A stretch of DNA of 64,000 nucleotides, from contig CAVWLW010000009.1 of assembly GCA_963755715.1 (NCBI GenBank), forward strand, positions 17,347-81,346, read 5' to 3'. The notes beneath the pieces were generated by a model that was not told where the DNA came from, made no database searches, and saw nothing but the letters and a program-made list of their open reading frames with translations. The translations under genes were made by a program, and so were the position numbers. The first letter of the stretch is position 1. Each line of letters starts with the position of its first letter. Positions 21,781-30,860 of this stretch are shown here, in pieces. The stretch comes from an uncultured delta proteobacterium. GTDB taxonomy: Bacteria > Desulfobacterota > Binatia > UBA9968.

Positions 21781-22026
21781 CTACTTTTGCTGCCAATAAA
21801 TGTTGTCGCGGAACTCCGGCTGCAAACGTTTAATATAGAGACAGAGCATGCCGTGCACGCCGAGTTGGCGCAGTTTGCGCGGGTCGCCGGCGCGCAGCGC
21901 GTCTTTCTCTTCGGTGGTCAGGTCGTAATCAGCCATCACCCGTTCAAAATCTTTGAGTGAGCTTTGATAGACGGCTTCTTTCATCTTGAGATCGAATAGC
22001 AGACGGCTCAAATCATAACAGCTCAC
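21781..22026 (-). CDS. LigA-like small subunit of class III extradiol dioxygenase
   Basis: YDLTTEEKDALRAGDPRKLRQLGVHGML. GTG start overlaps the LigB-like stop. Confidence 0.75.
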   Translation of the reverse strand: MSCYDLSRLLFDLKMKEAVYQSSLKDFERVMADYDLTTEEKDALRAGDPRKLRQLGVHGMLCLYIKRLQPEFRDNIYWQQK

Positions 22027-22889
22027 AACGACCTCCAACTGACGAATCCCCAACCCGTGGCGACAAAGTCCGGCATGTAAGCGGTGTACGATGCCTTCGC
22101 GTCACCGACGGCGCCGATCACGACCATCCAATTGAGAAACTCGGTATCGCCCGCTTGCAAAAGATCTTGGACGGAATAATCGACCAGACTCTTGCCCTTG
22201 CCTTGGCGCATCACCTCGAGGAGCTGGTGATCGAAAGTTTCGTCGATCTCGCCGATCCGCGGCGAGCCGGGGAAGTGCGACAAGCCGCCAGTGGCGAGGA
22301 TCGCCACGCGTTCTTGGAAATTCTCCGCCACCGCGCGAATCAGCTCGCCGACTTGATAGCAGCGCCGTGGCGACGGCGCCGGATCGACCCACGTGTTCAC
22401 ATAAACCGGAAGAATAGGAATCTTCGCTTCGCGCAGCAAGAAATAGAGCGGCACGTTCTGCGTATGCTGCAACTCGATGTGCTCGCCGTACGAAAAATCG
22501 ATGCCTCTATCCATGCCCGCACGAATGATCGCTTTACCCAGCTCTTTGTGATTTCGGTAGTGAAAGCTATGACGCGTAAACTGCCCTTTGACTTCGTCGC
22601 CGATGGTGACAAAGAAGGTCGGAATATTGTTCCAAAAAAAGTTGACGAATTGATCGTTGGCAACGACGATCAAAACGTCGGGTTTGGCTTGTTCCAAATC
22701 TTCGCGCAAAACGGCAAATGCAGCCTCAGCATCTTGCCTAAGTTTTTTCTGCTGCTCGAATGTCGGCCGGTTCGCAGAAGCTTGCGGCGCCATGCTGTAG
22801 TGAAGATCCATGAAATCTTCCCATTCGCGTCCCGGCTCAAGTAGGATGTTCGGTGCATGGCTCGCAGCCAAAGCGGATACAAGAGGCAT
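22023..22889 (-). CDS. LigB/MhpB-like class III extradiol ring-cleavage dioxygenase
   Basis: SHAP, KPDVLIVVANDQF, TGGLSHFPG, IDETFD, TEFLNW; GAGGAG RBS. Confidence 0.87.
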   Translation of the reverse strand: MPLVSALAASHAPNILLEPGREWEDFMDLHYSMAPQASANRPTFEQQKKLRQDAEAAFAVLREDLEQAKPDVLIVVANDQFVNFFWNNIPTFFVTIGDEVKGQFTRHSFHYRNHKELGKAIIRAGMDRGIDFSYGEHIELQHTQNVPLYFLLREAKIPILPVYVNTWVDPAPSPRRCYQVGELIRAVAENFQERVAILATGGLSHFPGSPRIGEIDETFDHQLLEVMRQGKGKSLVDYSVQDLLQAGDTEFLNWMVVIGAVGDAKASYTAYMPDFVATGWGFVSWRSL

Positions 22890-23049
22890 AGGCAACTCCT
22901 CAGTGAATTGCAAAAATCCTATTCCCCGACCTGGGAAAAAGCAACCGCGAGATCGGATGAAGAGAACACTCCCGGCAAGTGCCCGAAGCAATCAATTTCG
23001 CGGATGATTCGAATAGAAAAATCGGCGAGACTCGAATGCGAGGCGTAAA

Positions 23050-23187
23050 TCAGAGCATCCGATAATTGCGCACGGAAAAATAAATCAACGCGACTACCGC
23101 GACCACTGATATGATCGGATGGTTCAAAACCCACGCGAATGACGGGTTCATGATATTGTGAATTATATACTCGATAAACCTATCCAT
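23050..23187 (-). CDS. 45-aa single-pass membrane microprotein
   Basis: MDRFIEYIIHNIMNPSFAWVLNHPIISVVAVVALIYFSVRNYRML; GGAG RBS; hydrophobic segment followed by basic residues. Confidence 0.55.
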   Translation of the reverse strand: MDRFIEYIIHNIMNPSFAWVLNHPIISVVAVVALIYFSVRNYRML

Positions 23188-23492
23188 GTGATCTCCATTC
23201 CCTCGCGTTGGTCGGCCACAGTTTAACACAAAAGCGATCTTGTCGGAAAAGACCGAAATCGAAATCGGCAACCCAGCGACCAAAGCGCCAGCAGCCAAAG
23301 CCCAAAATAGCCGAGTTGCTGCCAACTTGGCAATCTAAGGAGTAATGTGGAGATTATTTGTACAAGTTTGCCTATTTTAGGCCATTTCTGGACAGAATCG
23401 CAGCGTAACGACGATTGAAACAGCCTGCCCTTTCTGAGCAACACCCGCTAAAAATCAGCGTTTTCTCATGATCAAGCGAAAACCAGCGAGAC

Positions 23493-23508
23493 TGGCATTG
23501 CCGTTGCT
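23493..23508 (+). promoter_or_regulatory. Putative sigma54 (-24/-12) promoter
   Basis: TGGCATTGCCGTTGCT fits the TGGCAC-N5-TTGCW spacing and lies ~40 nt upstream of the 23547 start. Confidence 0.5.
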
Positions 23509-23546
23509 CTCTTTGCCGGACATCAAGTTTATTGGAGGAGCGATCA

Positions 23547-23696
23547 ATGAAACTACTATTAGCGACAATGTTCAAGAAATTGCCAGTGAGAACGACCAAA
23601 CAGCGCGCCACGATTTGTAAACGCTGTGGCACGCGCATCTATTCGTTGAGTTATTTGAAAGCGCATTTAGAAGCTCACGACAGAAAAACTCATTAA
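23547..23696 (+). CDS. 49-aa C2H2 zinc-finger microprotein (not in the ORF track)
   Basis: GGAGG RBS; MKLLLATMFKKLPVRTTKQRATICKRCGTRIYSLSYLKAHLEAHDRKTH contains C-x2-C-x12-H-x3-H. Confidence 0.7.
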   Translation: MKLLLATMFKKLPVRTTKQRATICKRCGTRIYSLSYLKAHLEAHDRKTH

Positions 23697-24288
23697 GCGA
23701 AAAAACAAAGGAAATGTACGATGGAGCTTTCGATTATTCCCTGGCAGGTGTTCCTTGACGCGTTGCATAAACAACAATCGGGCACGCTGGAACTTTGGCT
23801 GCGCAGTTGGTTATTTAGCAACGAAGGCGTGATGCTCGCCGACGATAGTTTCGCAACGACGGATTATTCGTCTGTTCCCGGGTGATGACAAAAGTTTCTG
23901 CAACTGCAAAATGGCTGGGACGAATGTCGAATCGGCCCGACAAAAATCTGCCGGCGACGAGATGGTCTCGGCAGAGTTCCTGCCCAAGCAAGACCGCCGC
24001 GAGCTAAACAGCCCTGCAACCATCCGCTGGCTCTCGTCGTCGATCGAACGGAAAGAGAACTGCGCGAACTGGAAGTCATGTTAAGCAATCGTCCGAACTG
24101 TAGCCGATGGACGCCGGAGAACGGGCCGATCATGGCCGTGTTGTCGAGCGCAGAGAGCCAAGACCACAAAGCACCTGAAGATTTGACCTGAGACCAGCCA
24201 TCTTTTTCTGCCCCTTAGCCCTGCTGCGCGGTTAGCCGGACGGCAGAGATCACCGTAAAATTAATTTAGATCAAACGAGGAACCGCAA

Positions 24289-24561
24289 ATGGAAGCCGTG
24301 AAGATCATAACGCCTCCCGCCGAGCGAAAACCCTGCGTCTGCGGCGCCACTCTCTACATCTGCCGCGAGTCGACGGAACAACGCAGAAATCAAATGTGGC
24401 GCTGCGCGCGCCACTGCGGCGCGCGCGGGTTAACCTATGAGGGCGCGCTGCGGCGAAAACTGCGATTGGATCTATTGAGCTGGGGCGACCTAAAACGCAA
24501 AGCGCAAGCCTTAATCGAGGCTGACAATGAAGACCTAATAAATGTGTCGCTCCTGCAATGA
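24289..24561 (+). CDS. Small Cys-rich hypothetical protein
   Basis: GAGGA RBS; CVC...C...CARHC followed by a helical C-terminus. Confidence 0.55.
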   Translation: MEAVKIITPPAERKPCVCGATLYICRESTEQRRNQMWRCARHCGARGLTYEGALRRKLRLDLLSWGDLKRKAQALIEADNEDLINVSLLQ

Positions 24562-24794
24562 ATCATCCCTGTCAACAAAGGGTGTACCGGCGAACACTGT
24601 TCACTGCGCTTGGAGGGGTCCAAGGCGACAACCATCCTACAATTGATGAAGCATGGTAGACGCGGCAACGGCGATCTTAGCTGAAGTGGTCGCTCGTGAG
24701 AGATGCTGGACGTCATCCAGTGGTTAGCGTAAGTGTAGTCTGCTTTCGGGATGGACTAATAGACGTTTCCCTTGCTTCTCAGGAGCGCCCCGGC

Positions 24795-25268
24795 TTGAAT
24801 ACATTTTGCCAAAGAGCCGTACTGTTTTTCGTAACCGGCGCGGGAGTGGGATATTTTCCCCGGCTCCCAGGGACCATCGGAACTCTTGTTGCCATTCCGT
24901 TCTCGCTCGCGCTTAACCACATCGCCGTGCGCAACTTTCCACTTGCCGTAGCGATTGTGGTCGGATCGATCTTCTGCGCGATATGGCTGTCGACCCAAGG
25001 GGCCAGAATTCTGAAACAGAAAGATCCGCAGTTCATCGTCATTGACGAGATCGTAGGCTTCCTTGTGGCCAATTTTCTTGCTCCTCCGCGATTGACTGCC
25101 TTGCTCTGGAGTTTTCTATTATTTCGCTTCTTCGATATCGCCAAGGTATTCCCGACGAACAGATTAGAACGATTGCCGGATGGGGCCGGCATTGTGCTGG
25201 ATGACGTAATGGCAGGCGTGTACACGCTCATCAGCTTGCGGCTGCTGTTGAAAATGGGTTGGGCCTGA
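24795..25268 (+). CDS. pgpA: Phosphatidylglycerophosphatase A
   Basis: GVGYFPRLPGTIGT, KDPQFIVIDEIVG, LFRFFDIAK, GIVLDDVMAG; TTG start with AGGAG RBS. Confidence 0.9.
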   Translation: MNTFCQRAVLFFVTGAGVGYFPRLPGTIGTLVAIPFSLALNHIAVRNFPLAVAIVVGSIFCAIWLSTQGARILKQKDPQFIVIDEIVGFLVANFLAPPRLTALLWSFLLFRFFDIAKVFPTNRLERLPDGAGIVLDDVMAGVYTLISLRLLLKMGWA

Positions 25269-25436
25269 TTTGTAGAACCGCCGGGCAACAGCGAGTACCA
25301 TCGCAATCAGGAAATTCCAGCGGGATTCTGAAATTACAATGCAGTCGATTATAGTTTGCGTTCGTTTTTACAATGAGGACGCCACAAACGCGCCTCGGCG
25401 ACCCAGCAAGCGGCTTTGAACCCATCGGCTGATGCG

Positions 25437-25570
25437 TCAAGTATGGAACCCCGATTCGCTTGTTGCGACCTTTCTCAGGAGTCGCTCCAGCTTGTTGGAA
25501 TCAATCGGTTTGATGAGATAGGCATTGAAGCCAGCCTTCAGCGCGAGCGCGATCGTTTGGTGATGCCGAG
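25437..25570 (-). pseudogene. C-terminal remnant of a response-regulator receiver domain
   Basis: Minus strand reads ...ALALKAGFNAYLIKPIDSNKLERLLRKV...* (the GF..YL.KP motif). No upstream receiver sequence found. Confidence 0.55.
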
Positions 25571-25708
25571 GGATTCCCACTTGCCACACCTGAAAATATT
25601 TTCAGTATCAACTCGGAAGCCATAGCAAGACCCTAGAGCGCCTGTTAGTCTTCTATCATGCGCTAATCGCATGCGCGCATCCTTTTGGCTGCGAGAAAGG
25701 GGACTGTT

Positions 25709-26299
25709 ATGAATAAAACTTCTTTTATTCTTTTTTTTCTCTATTCTCTTTTTGTCGCTTCACCTCTGTCAGCAGCTGCTGAGAGTCAAACATGGAAGGT
25801 GCGGCCCGGCGACAATCTCGACATCATTGCGACGACTCTTGAAATTCCCAAAGAAGAAATTAAAAACCACAATCCCGGGGTTCTGGAGAGCAATCTCCAA
25901 ATCGACCAGAAGCTGAAACTGCCGCTTCACTCGTATGTAGAGAGTAAGACGCTTCAAGAAGAACTCAGCAAAAAAGATGAGCGGATTGGAACGCTTGAAA
26001 GAAAAAACGGTGATTTGGAAAAACAAATTGCTAGCGCAGAATCGCAGTTGCGCTTGCATCCCATTTGGCTTTGGGGATTCTGGATTTGTTTCGGCATCAT
26101 TGCATTCATAGTTTCCGGCGCATATTGGATTTTTCGGCAAACCCACCCCCGGGTTTTTGAGCAACCGCATGACCGGTCGATCAGAGACTTAAAAGAAAGC
26201 CAAATGCGGGTGCGGTCATTTCCGCACGAAGAAGAAGGTGCAAGCAGCCACGGAGTCCAATGGCACCCGCCGCTGAAGCGGGTTCCCGCACACCGTTAG
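25709..26299 (+). CDS. LysM-domain protein with coiled coil and C-terminal membrane anchor
   Basis: Signal peptide; WKVRPGDNLDIIA...IKNHNP...LQIDQKLKLP; TM segment WLWGFWICFGIIAFIVSGAYWIF. Confidence 0.82.
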   Translation: MNKTSFILFFLYSLFVASPLSAAAESQTWKVRPGDNLDIIATTLEIPKEEIKNHNPGVLESNLQIDQKLKLPLHSYVESKTLQEELSKKDERIGTLERKNGDLEKQIASAESQLRLHPIWLWGFWICFGIIAFIVSGAYWIFRQTHPRVFEQPHDRSIRDLKESQMRVRSFPHEEEGASSHGVQWHPPLKRVPAHR

Positions 26300-26633
26300 G
26301 CAGACAGGTGAAGCTCAGGTCGGCGCACTTGCGGCTCTAATGCTCCTGCGGCGCCTGAGCACGAGGACGGGCGGTGTTCAAAGACCAAAGCAAAGCGACA
26401 CGGGGATTTAGGATTCCCACTTAGAAATCACGGAGAGATTTTCTGCTTTGCCATCACTTTGCCAGTAAATGCGTACAATTCGAATCCATTCACCACTGAC
26501 AGTTCGAATCACCCAGATGACAGGCTGCCGGGCTTTCTACAGCTGATCCGGATAGCCATGGATGATCGCTTTTCGGTCCACAATGCTGGCTCGCAAACAT
26601 CTTGATCATTCACTCTTAACGCGAAAGTGAACT

Positions 26634-27422
26634 ATGCGGTGGGTTAAATTCGCTGCGATTGTTTCTCTCTGGGCAATTTTTTTTGGCCTCATAGTCCTCG
26701 TGCATCTGTGGATCAGTTTGCTGAAATTACCTAACCGTTGGGAGATCATCAGCCGCTTGACGTATAGCTTTTCGTTTCTTTTGAGAACGATCCTCAATAT
26801 CAAGGTGACGGTCGCCGGCGATGCGGGACAAATCGATGAAGGCGATACCGTTATCATCAGCAATCATCTCGGCTATGTGGACGGCTTTGTTTTGGGCAGC
26901 ATTTTTCCGGTAGTTTTCGTATCCAAGAGGGAAGTTAAGAAATGGCCGGTAATCGGTCTGTGGGCGACCTTAGGCGGAACGATTTTCATCAACCGCCAGA
27001 AGAAGGGCGAGGTGGGATTGCTCGTTATGGAAATGAGCAAAAAACTCAAAGAGGGAGCGAATATCCTTCTGTTCCCTGAAGGACGCGCGACCAACGGCGA
27101 GCGAATGTTGCCCTTTCAAACTGCCCCGTTAGCTGCGCCCTTGCGCAATCGCTCGATCATCGTACCGGTGACTCTCGTATACACCCGTGTTGACGATAAA
27201 CCCGTCTCGAAGGAGAATCGGGATTTGATTTATTGTTATGACGACATGGATTTTTTCCCACACTTTTGGAAGTTGTTATCACTTCGTAGCATCGAAGTGG
27301 TGGTGACGATTCAGCGGAAGATCGAGTGCTCTCGATACAAAGATAACTCTGCAGGCAGAAAAAAATTAGCGCTCGACTGCTATAATCGAGTTTTGGGGAG
27401 AGTTAACATTTTGCCCAATTAA
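26634..27422 (+). CDS. Lysophospholipid acyltransferase (PlsC/OlsA family)
   Basis: SNHLGYVD (NHxxxxD), FVSKREV, GTIFINR, LFPEGRAT. Confidence 0.9.
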   Translation: MRWVKFAAIVSLWAIFFGLIVLVHLWISLLKLPNRWEIISRLTYSFSFLLRTILNIKVTVAGDAGQIDEGDTVIISNHLGYVDGFVLGSIFPVVFVSKREVKKWPVIGLWATLGGTIFINRQKKGEVGLLVMEMSKKLKEGANILLFPEGRATNGERMLPFQTAPLAAPLRNRSIIVPVTLVYTRVDDKPVSKENRDLIYCYDDMDFFPHFWKLLSLRSIEVVVTIQRKIECSRYKDNSAGRKKLALDCYNRVLGRVNILPN

Positions 27423-27444
27423 CTCAACCATACCCTGGGTCAGC

Positions 27445-28113
27445 TCATTGCGTTACGCTGATATCAGAGCTGGGCTTGTTAAAAGTAAAATGATAGCGAA
27501 TTCCAGTGTGATCGATTCCCTCATTCTGCGATGCTCCGAAAGCTCCGCCGCCCGACATGTGATCAAAGAAAAGCGATAGTCCATGATTCCCCCAAAAAGT
27601 GGCCCCTATTTCTATCTGGAGCCGTGGCAGAACTCGCCGACCAAACCCGCAATCGCTGTCCAACCTGCAGCCGGTCACGTTCTTTTGTAGCGGGCCGGTG
27701 TGAACCGCCGTGCTTACACCGCCTGAAATCCAAAGTCTCTTGGTGAAATCATTGGTTAGGTTGTCCAGGAACCCGTTGGACAAGCTAGCCTCCCACGCGA
27801 GGCCGAGATAAAAAGCGCTCGTGTTCCCGGTGAAGTTCGGAGTAGCGCCGAGCATCGCAGAAGGAGTGCCAACCCAACGCCACCATTTCCACTCAGGGGG
27901 GTTGAATTGCATCTCCCAGTTGGGGTCAACTCCGTTTTCTTTCTGATCACTTATGAACCCTACATCGTGCAAGAGTATGCCAAACGCAACCTTGCGGACC
28001 CAAGGTTTGACCTCGCTCTTATCGGCGTCAGTGGCTGCGTCTTCCGCTCCCAACACGGCTCCCTGCAAGTTGCAAAGGAAAAAAACCACCGCAAGAATAA
28101 TTCGAGTAGGCAT
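27445..28113 (-). CDS. Outer-membrane acyloxyacyl hydrolase, PagL-like lipid A 3-O-deacylase
   Basis: Signal peptide; GILLHDV, amphipathic beta strands, C-terminal DHMSGG...NEGID..GIRYHFTF. Confidence 0.7.
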   Translation of the reverse strand: MPTRIILAVVFFLCNLQGAVLGAEDAATDADKSEVKPWVRKVAFGILLHDVGFISDQKENGVDPNWEMQFNPPEWKWWRWVGTPSAMLGATPNFTGNTSAFYLGLAWEASLSNGFLDNLTNDFTKRLWISGGVSTAVHTGPLQKNVTGCRLDSDCGFGRRVLPRLQIEIGATFWGNHGLSLFFDHMSGGGAFGASQNEGIDHTGIRYHFTFNKPSSDISVTQ

Positions 28114-28217
28114 TTGAAGAGCAATAACACAGTTTTGCAAGAAGGTCACTGAGAAAACCAATCACGCTGAAATTCTGCGCCTTCATGGAAAGAGAGGGGC
28201 AGTGCAATTTCTGAGAA

Positions 28218-28520
28218 TCAGGGCTTTACCTCCAGGTTGTTGACCACGCTCTTCACGCCGCTTACCTTGCGCGTGATTTCTTCGGCTTTCGCTTTTTTCT
28301 CCGCTGAAGACACCGTCCCTTTGAGCTTGACCAAACCGTCGTCCCCGATATCGACCGTGACCGCCTGCAAGGTCGCTTGATCCTCCCGCGCCAGTTGAGC
28401 TTTGATGGTCGCTGTCAATTTTGCCTTTTCAAATTCCGGCCCGGAAGCTTTTTCCCGGATCGTCTGGCAGCCATTGAGTATGCAGATCAGTAAGATGACT
28501 AGCGCGAAGATTTTGCTCAT
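28218..28520 (-). CDS. BON (OsmY-like) domain lipoprotein
   Basis: Lipobox LNGC; LTATIKAQL...GLVKLKGTV...VSGVKSVVNNLEV. Confidence 0.87.
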   Translation of the reverse strand: MSKIFALVILLICILNGCQTIREKASGPEFEKAKLTATIKAQLAREDQATLQAVTVDIGDDGLVKLKGTVSSAEKKAKAEEITRKVSGVKSVVNNLEVKP

Positions 28521-28821
28521 ATCAATCCTTTCTAAATGAAATTGAACGGCTTTGACAAATATTCGGGACGGTCCGATTAATTTTGTCGTATTCATACACA
28601 CTCGATCAGAGAAGCAACCGAAAGTTGGGCAAGATTTTAAAAGGTCTTTATGGGACTCTTCGATGAAGTTACCAAAGGATTAACGGGAAAATTTTCGGGT
28701 AAGGTGCCCAAAATCCACTACTAGACACGGTCTTGAATACCAGGGGTCAATGGCCGGGTTGTGGGCCTCGGCTTCGGCGAAGTGCTCCACACAGCGTCTA
28801 CCGCCCCGGCTTGTGGATACT

Positions 28822-29160
28822 TTACCTTCTTCCAAACCTATTTGGCCGGGTCATAGCGGCTTGTGGCAACCGCCGCCGCGGTGTCGTTGGCCATACAGGT
28901 ATACCGAATGAATAGCAGCAGGGTTGATATATTTGGTACGGCTGATAGGGCTGCAGATAGAGCTGGTAGTGCATCGCATGCAGCTCGTAATACGGATCAT
29001 TTTGTTGCAAATACTGTAAATACTGCTGCCACTGCAAATATTGCTGATACTGAGCATCCCAATACGGATCGTAGTAAGGGCCATAGGACTGCGCGCGAAG
29101 ATTCGGGGTGACTAAGACCAGCAAAATGAAAAGTGTAACTGTCGAGAATAACAATTTCAC
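28822..29160 (-). CDS. Secreted Tyr/Gln/Pro-rich low-complexity protein
   Basis: GGAGG RBS, GTG start, signal peptide, QYQQYLQWQQYLQYLQQ. Confidence 0.7.
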   Translation of the reverse strand: MKLLFSTVTLFILLVLVTPNLRAQSYGPYYDPYWDAQYQQYLQWQQYLQYLQQNDPYYELHAMHYQLYLQPYQPYQIYQPCCYSFGIPVWPTTPRRRLPQAAMTRPNRFGRR

Positions 29161-29215
29161 CCGATTGCCCTCCCTTCAAAGTTTAGCAGATTGAGAGCGA
29201 GAAATAAGACAGCAC

Positions 29216-29335
29216 GACGAAATTATCCGGCTTCGGTCCACTGCCCTCAATGCAAAACCAGTCGACCTTATCCGGGCAGAGAAAGAATTGCAGCTAGAGG
29301 GCATCATCGCTAAGCGCAAAGGCTCACTTTACGAG
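29216..29335 (+). pseudogene. Internal remnant of an ATP-dependent DNA ligase (LigD/LigC-like)
   Basis: DEIIRLRSTALNAKPVDLIRAEKELQLEGIIAKRKGSLYE contains ligase motif IV (EGxxxK...Y). No start or flanking domains. Confidence 0.6.
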
Positions 29336-29567
29336 CGGAATCGACACCACAAGACCGCCTTCCTTCCGTGCGCCGGCAACAACCCGTTCCCAATCAGCTT
29401 GAGAACTTGATTCGGCTCCCTGAGCAGAGTCGCCAGAGAAACGAGCCACAACAGGGCTAACAAAATCGAATTGCAGGGCAACATCACGATCACGATGAGC
29501 CTCAAAGAAAATTGGCTCCCTTCTCAGAAACCGTTCATGCCTCTCGCCATCATGCGAGTTGGAATTT

Positions 29568-29652
29568 CGTCATGGCGGTGAAAACCGGCATTCAGGTTCG
29601 TTTCGCTGAAGTTCAAAAAGCCGCCCGGATTCCGCATGCGCCGGAATGACGG
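29568..29652. repeat. GTCAT/ATGAC-type REP-like pair
   Basis: cgtcatggcggtgaaaaccggcattcag ... ccggattccgcatgcgccggaatgacg. Confidence 0.55.
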
Positions 29653-29744
29653 ACGAGCCAGTCACCTTCCAATCGACAGTCAGAAAATTCCCCGGCTTTT
29701 GTCCATGCGTTGTTCAGGTTCGGCCATCAGCAGCCGCGACTCGG

Positions 29745-30801
29745 CTAGTTCAAGCCAAATATCCCGTTGTAGAGCTTGATCAGCTCCACTTGCTTTTCGT
29801 CCCATTCCACCGACGGTATCTGCATCTTCTTGCCCTTTAGGTCGGCGAAATAGTTGCCATCTTTTCGGCTCACCCAGCGCCCCTGGCCGGCCATTAGATC
29901 TTGTCCTGCTTTAGAAAGCAGGAAATCCACGAACAGCGCGGCCGCGTGCGGATGCGGCGCGCCGGCCGCGATCGAAATCGTCGTCGGCGTTTTAACCGCG
30001 ACGAACGGCTCGGAAAAGATGAAATCCGCCGGCGCCTTGGCGTTTTTCATCTGCATGATTTCTTCCGGAAAGGCATCGATGACGATCGGAAACTCTCCGG
30101 CCACGGCGAGCTGCACCAAGAGCGTCGGACCGCGCCGCAAGTTGAGCTGCTGCTTGGACAACCTGCCGGCGAGCTCCAGCGCCTTGCCGCGGCCATAATA
30201 GTCGATCAGCGACGCCAGCCAATCGTAATCCGTGGTATCCATGCCCAATTTATCTTTCCAGCGCGGATCGAGCAGATCTTCGAACGATTGCGGCGCCTTG
30301 TCGCGCGCAACCATGCGGGTGTTGAAAAGAAACACTCTCGGCTGAGCATAGATGCCGCTGATAAAGCCCTCCTTGTCGGTAAAGCCTTCGCGCAGCGACG
30401 CTCGCAGTGGCGTCCGATACCGCGCCACCGCGCCGGCCTTTGCCATCACGCCGACGTAGGAGCGGCGCGTGTTGATGATATCGGCGCGCGGCTTTTTCGT
30501 GCGATGCTCGACGAGCAATTGCTCCAGCTGCCGTCCGGCACCGCCGGGTTGGAATCTGACTTTCACGAATGGATACTTGCCCTCGAAGGCTTTGATCAGC
30601 TCACCTGCCCGGTCGTTCGCCATCGCCGCGTACCAAACCAGCTCGCCCTCCTTGCGCGCCTCTTTCTCAAGCGCATCGCCGCGAATTTTTCCGCCATGCG
30701 ATTAACTTGATCCAACCGTTCTTCCACCGATACCGCTGCGGCGGAACCGGGCTGCACAGTAGAAGACTAAGACGACGAAGATCGCGCAATGACCCTTTCA
30801 T
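29745..30801 (-). CDS. Extracellular solute-binding protein, AfuA-like (5' end frameshifted)
   Basis: ARKEGELVWY, FEGKYPFV, APQSFEDLLDPRWK, APHPHAAALFVDFLLSKAGQ. Confidence 0.85.
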
Positions 30802-30860
30802 CTAAGCTGCCACCTCTGAAATATCTTTTGTTTCACGTCCACCCTTTCGCCTCACGGCCG

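Noticed and set aside
23720-24192. Possible gene downstream of the C2H2 microprotein (MELSIIPWQVFLDALH...)
   Set aside because: Stops after ~54 codons; continuation frames show no recognisable motif, so it cannot be supported without polishing.
29405-29535. Possible degenerate tRNA-derived att sites (two ggctccc motifs) at the right edge of the accessory patch
   Set aside because: Matches are only ~7 nt, with no T-arm sequence, no integrase and no matching left-hand copy.
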